Shown: one piece after another, positions 57,036 through 59,889 of the stretch
Layout: every line of letters starts with the position of its first letter
Position numbering within the stretch: position 1 is the stretch's first letter
IMG/VR virus record: IMGVR_UViG_3300010371_000040
Location: 1-59,889 of that record
From: a virus
Lineage: Duplodnaviria > Caudoviricetes
Length of the DNA stretch: 59,889 nucleotides
Strand: one strand, 5' to 3'
Position numbers and translations under genes: made by a program
The notes under the pieces: generated by a model
Told to the model about the DNA's origin: nothing
Seen by the model: the letters and a program-made list of their open reading frames with translations, nothing else
Database searches by the model: none

Positions 57036-58502
57036 CTATTCCGTTTTCTCAGGTTGGGCAACGTGCCCATCCTCGATCACGATCACCTGGCCGCCGGCAC
57101 CAGAGCGGACGCACTCCATCCAGACTTGGAAGTTGTTGTCGGCCGCCATGCCGGCGAGCACCGCCAGGTTCTTGTCGTCCAGCTTGTCGCCGTCCTTGAT
57201 CCGGATGATGCGCAGTTCCGGATTGGCGGCCATCGCGAGCGCGCAGGACACCTTGAGCTGCTGTGCCGTGGACGCCTGGTCGAGCGGCAGACCGTCGAGC
57301 AGCACCATGCCATCGCCGAAGGACATGCCTTCCACCGGCATCTTGGCGCTGGCGATCGCGTCGGCGCGCTTCTTGGCGCGCTCGTCCATGGTGGCGGTGA
57401 GATCGCCGGCCTTGGCCTCCTCCGCCTCGGCCTGCTTGATCAGCTCGGCGCGGCGGTCAGCGGCATCGCATAGCTGATTGCTGCGCTGGCCGGACTCGAT
57501 CTTGTCGACCATGGCGGTGACATCGACGAGCGGATCGAGCGGCTTCCATGTCGCCTGCTCGGCTTCCATGTTCGCGATCGAGGCGGCGAGCGAATCGCGG
57601 TTCGTCTCGAAATGATGCTTCTGGTTGTCCATCGCACCCTCGGCGCCGATCGTCAGGTCGACCTTTCTCTGCTCCAGGCGCTTGATCTCGTCGTCGATGC
57701 GCTTGATCTCCGCGTCGCGCTCGGCGGTGATCTTGCCGATGGCCGCACCATGCTGCTCGCGGCCACGCTCAATCGCTGCCTTGTTGTCGGCGATCTCGTC
57801 CAGCAGCTTCTGCCGGCGCCGCTGCTCCTGCTCGATGGCCGCGTTCGTTTTGCTGGCGTCGGTCATCTGCGCCATGAGTCCGCTGACGTCCACGCGTTCG
57901 GGCACCTCGACCGCCACGACCACACCGGCCGCCTGCGCGCGGAGATCCTTGGCCCGCCGGTTGATATCCGTCCGCTGGGCGAAATCATCCTTGTTCAGCT
58001 GCTCGAGCTCGTCGATGTCCTCGTCGATCTGGACAACGCCCTTGATCATGCTCATCTGCTCAGCCGGCTTCATGCCCATGAACTCGAGCGGATCGAACGC
58101 GATCGTCGACAGCAGGGCGTCCAGCATCGATTGCGGCTTGGGGTATTTCAGCCCCTCCGCGTTCTGGACGGTGAGGGTCGAGCCGCCGGCCGCAGTGAAC
58201 GTGCGCGTGACGACGATCTCGCCCAGATCCAGGCGCACGGATGCCTTTTCCTGTCCCTTGCGCACCGGCTGGGCCGGCAGCGTCTTTTCACCGCCGAGCG
58301 CGTACCAGATCGAATCAAGGCATGACGACTTGCCCTCACCATTGCCGCCTGAGATTTGGATCAGATCCCCGGTCGGGGTGATTTCCACCGCGCTGATGCG
58401 CTTCACGTTCTCGGCCTCGAGGCGGACGATACGCATCTGGCGCTTCGGCTTGGCGGTGGTCGATTTTACCATGTTAGCGTTTTCGTTAAAAAGGTCGCTC
58501 AT
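57036..58502 (-). CDS. SMC/Rad50-like ABC ATPase
   Basis: GGNGEGKSS, long coiled coil, ASTAQQ signature, IRIKDG. Confidence 0.85.
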   Translation of the reverse strand: MSDLFNENANMVKSTTAKPKRQMRIVRLEAENVKRISAVEITPTGDLIQISGGNGEGKSSCLDSIWYALGGEKTLPAQPVRKGQEKASVRLDLGEIVVTRTFTAAGGSTLTVQNAEGLKYPKPQSMLDALLSTIAFDPLEFMGMKPAEQMSMIKGVVQIDEDIDELEQLNKDDFAQRTDINRRAKDLRAQAAGVVVAVEVPERVDVSGLMAQMTDASKTNAAIEQEQRRRQKLLDEIADNKAAIERGREQHGAAIGKITAERDAEIKRIDDEIKRLEQRKVDLTIGAEGAMDNQKHHFETNRDSLAASIANMEAEQATWKPLDPLVDVTAMVDKIESGQRSNQLCDAADRRAELIKQAEAEEAKAGDLTATMDERAKKRADAIASAKMPVEGMSFGDGMVLLDGLPLDQASTAQQLKVSCALAMAANPELRIIRIKDGDKLDDKNLAVLAGMAADNNFQVWMECVRSGAGGQVIVIEDGHVAQPEKTE

Positions 58503-58518
58503 TCTGTCGTTCTCCCGG

Positions 58519-59355
58519 TCAGTGCATCAAAAAGGTGATCGGCTTGTGCGTGGCCCAACAAAGGGCGCAGGTCGCGCAACTGGTGGTCTTGTCGGTCTGC
58601 GCGGGGCAGACGATGGAGCCGGGGGGCGCGTCGGATACGCGCTCAACCACCGTGGTTCCGTTCTCGCCTGCCATGCCGGACGTGCGGACGGCGAACCGGT
58701 CCCACAGCGTGACCCGGCACGATTTGACTGCGCGACCGATCGGCGTGTCTGGTGCCCAGGCGGTGTACCCGAACACGCGCAAGGCCGGATAGTCTTCAAG
58801 CCACCGCGCCCACTGCCACACGTAGTCGACCGAATAGAAGTCGCCGAGCACGTGGAGCCGGACGACAAAGCCTTGCGGGTGGCGCAACTGCAGAACGGCG
58901 AGTTCGACCGACAGTCGCCAGATCAGCGCGTCACCGTGCCGATATCGTTTCGCCGCCTGCATGTGGTTGCCGTAGCACGAGGCATAGAGCGCGCAGGCCG
59001 TCGGGCACGTCGCGCGCTCTTCCAGTGCCAGCGTGTAGATCGGGAAGCCGCGCCAGTGGCCTTTGAGCACCTCGCCGCCCAGCTTGCGCGAATACGATCC
59101 CGGCTTGATGATCGGCTGGTCGCCAGTCGGATCGAATACGCGCGTCGGGAATAGAGTGCGCGCGCCGCGGATCGCGTCATGCCCCGGCTTAAGCACGACG
59201 CGGCGGGTGCCCTTGTGGTGCAGGTTCTCGCGGATGGACTGGCCGTCGATTGCGCCCTTGGTCGTGCCCATCGCGTGGGCGATTTCGGTCGCAGACAGGC
59301 CGGCGGCCCAATGTGCCCGAAGCTCGGCTCGCTTTTCATCGGTCCAGGTGATCAT
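58519..59355 (-). CDS. GcrA-like HTH fused to Gp88-like Cys-rich domain
   Basis: WTDEKRAELRAHWAAGLSATEIA; TCPTACALYASCYG, VRLHVLGDF, YT, CPAQ...CATCALCW. Confidence 0.7.
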   Translation of the reverse strand: MITWTDEKRAELRAHWAAGLSATEIAHAMGTTKGAIDGQSIRENLHHKGTRRVVLKPGHDAIRGARTLFPTRVFDPTGDQPIIKPGSYSRKLGGEVLKGHWRGFPIYTLALEERATCPTACALYASCYGNHMQAAKRYRHGDALIWRLSVELAVLQLRHPQGFVVRLHVLGDFYSVDYVWQWARWLEDYPALRVFGYTAWAPDTPIGRAVKSCRVTLWDRFAVRTSGMAGENGTTVVERVSDAPPGSIVCPAQTDKTTSCATCALCWATHKPITFLMH

Positions 59356-59555
59356 CGCGGCAACCCCGCAGCCATGTCGCGCCACGACAGGTACATGCCG
59401 AGCAGCATCACCAGCGGCCAGAACATGCACACGACCGACCAGAACCACGAATATCTGATGATGTCGGGATCGGTCTGGCCGTCGGTCGCGACGATCCACG
59501 CGTGGAACCGGACGCAGGTCCAGCCATATGCCAGCGTGGCGAGGAAGATGATCAT
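59352..59555 (-). CDS. small membrane protein
   Basis: Two hydrophobic segments, coupled. Confidence 0.5.
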   Translation of the reverse strand: MIIFLATLAYGWTCVRFHAWIVATDGQTDPDIIRYSWFWSVVCMFWPLVMLLGMYLSWRDMAAGLPR

Positions 59556-59889
59556 TTCGCCCGCGCCTCGACTTCCGCGATGATCTTTTCCGCGAGGTCA
59601 CGGCACTGCGATCCCGTGCGCCAATGCGCGCGTGACTCGTCGAAAGTGAACCAGCGGCAGCCGGCGCTGATGCGCCAGGTGCCGTCGCGCAGCGGAACGC
59701 CAAGAAAGCGATAGCCGCGGAGATCTTCGCCGCCATCGATGAGGGCGGTCAGGCCCGGGTTGTTCACGATCCAGACGTCGGTGGCGCCCGACAGGTCCGG
59801 CAGGGCGGTCAGGCCCGGGTTGTTCACGATCCTGACGACGGTGGCGCCCGACAGGTCCGGCAGGGCGGTCAGGCCCGGGTTGTTCTCGA
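59552..59889 (-). CDS. C-terminal part of the LRR protein
   Basis: NNPGLTALPDLSGATD repeats, then ISAGCRWFTFDESRAHW (DUF5758-like). Confidence 0.8.
   Translation of the reverse strand, partial: ENNPGLTALPDLSGATVVRIVNNPGLTALPDLSGATDVWIVNNPGLTALIDGGEDLRGYRFLGVPLRDGTWRISAGCRWFTFDESRAHWRTGSQCRDLAEKIIAEVEARAK

Overview
The window looks like an essentially complete ~59.9 kb GC-rich, podovirus-type tailed phage genome, probably of an alphaproteobacterial host (GcrA-like and GapR-like genes). It is circular and broken inside a 60-bp tandem repeat that encodes a leucine-rich-repeat protein spanning both ends. A leftward recombination arm carries RecT, YqaJ exonuclease, a DnaQ-like exonuclease and an SMC-like ATPase. 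A rightward arm carries Cro, an acyl carrier protein, a TGT/DpdA-like protein, RuvC, a helicase, an amino-methyltransferase, a replication initiator and a primase-helicase. These are followed by a serine resolvase, terminase, portal, capsid, three adaptor paralogs, nozzle, ejection proteins, tail fibres/spike and membrane/lysis-type genes. The standout locus is an opposite-strand cassette between portal and capsid genes (24045-26011). It has a solitary Cas7/RAMP-like gene directly followed by a non-coding array of 68 in-register GGY-NN pentamers in three blocks, ending in a hairpin. Read as NNx triplets, the variable dinucleotides of the last block match the adjacent portal gene at 10 of 13 codons, and the phage's own portal differs by recoding at the other three. 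This suggests an RNA-guided, gapped-code system aimed at related phages. All family calls are motif-based, made by eye, with no database search.
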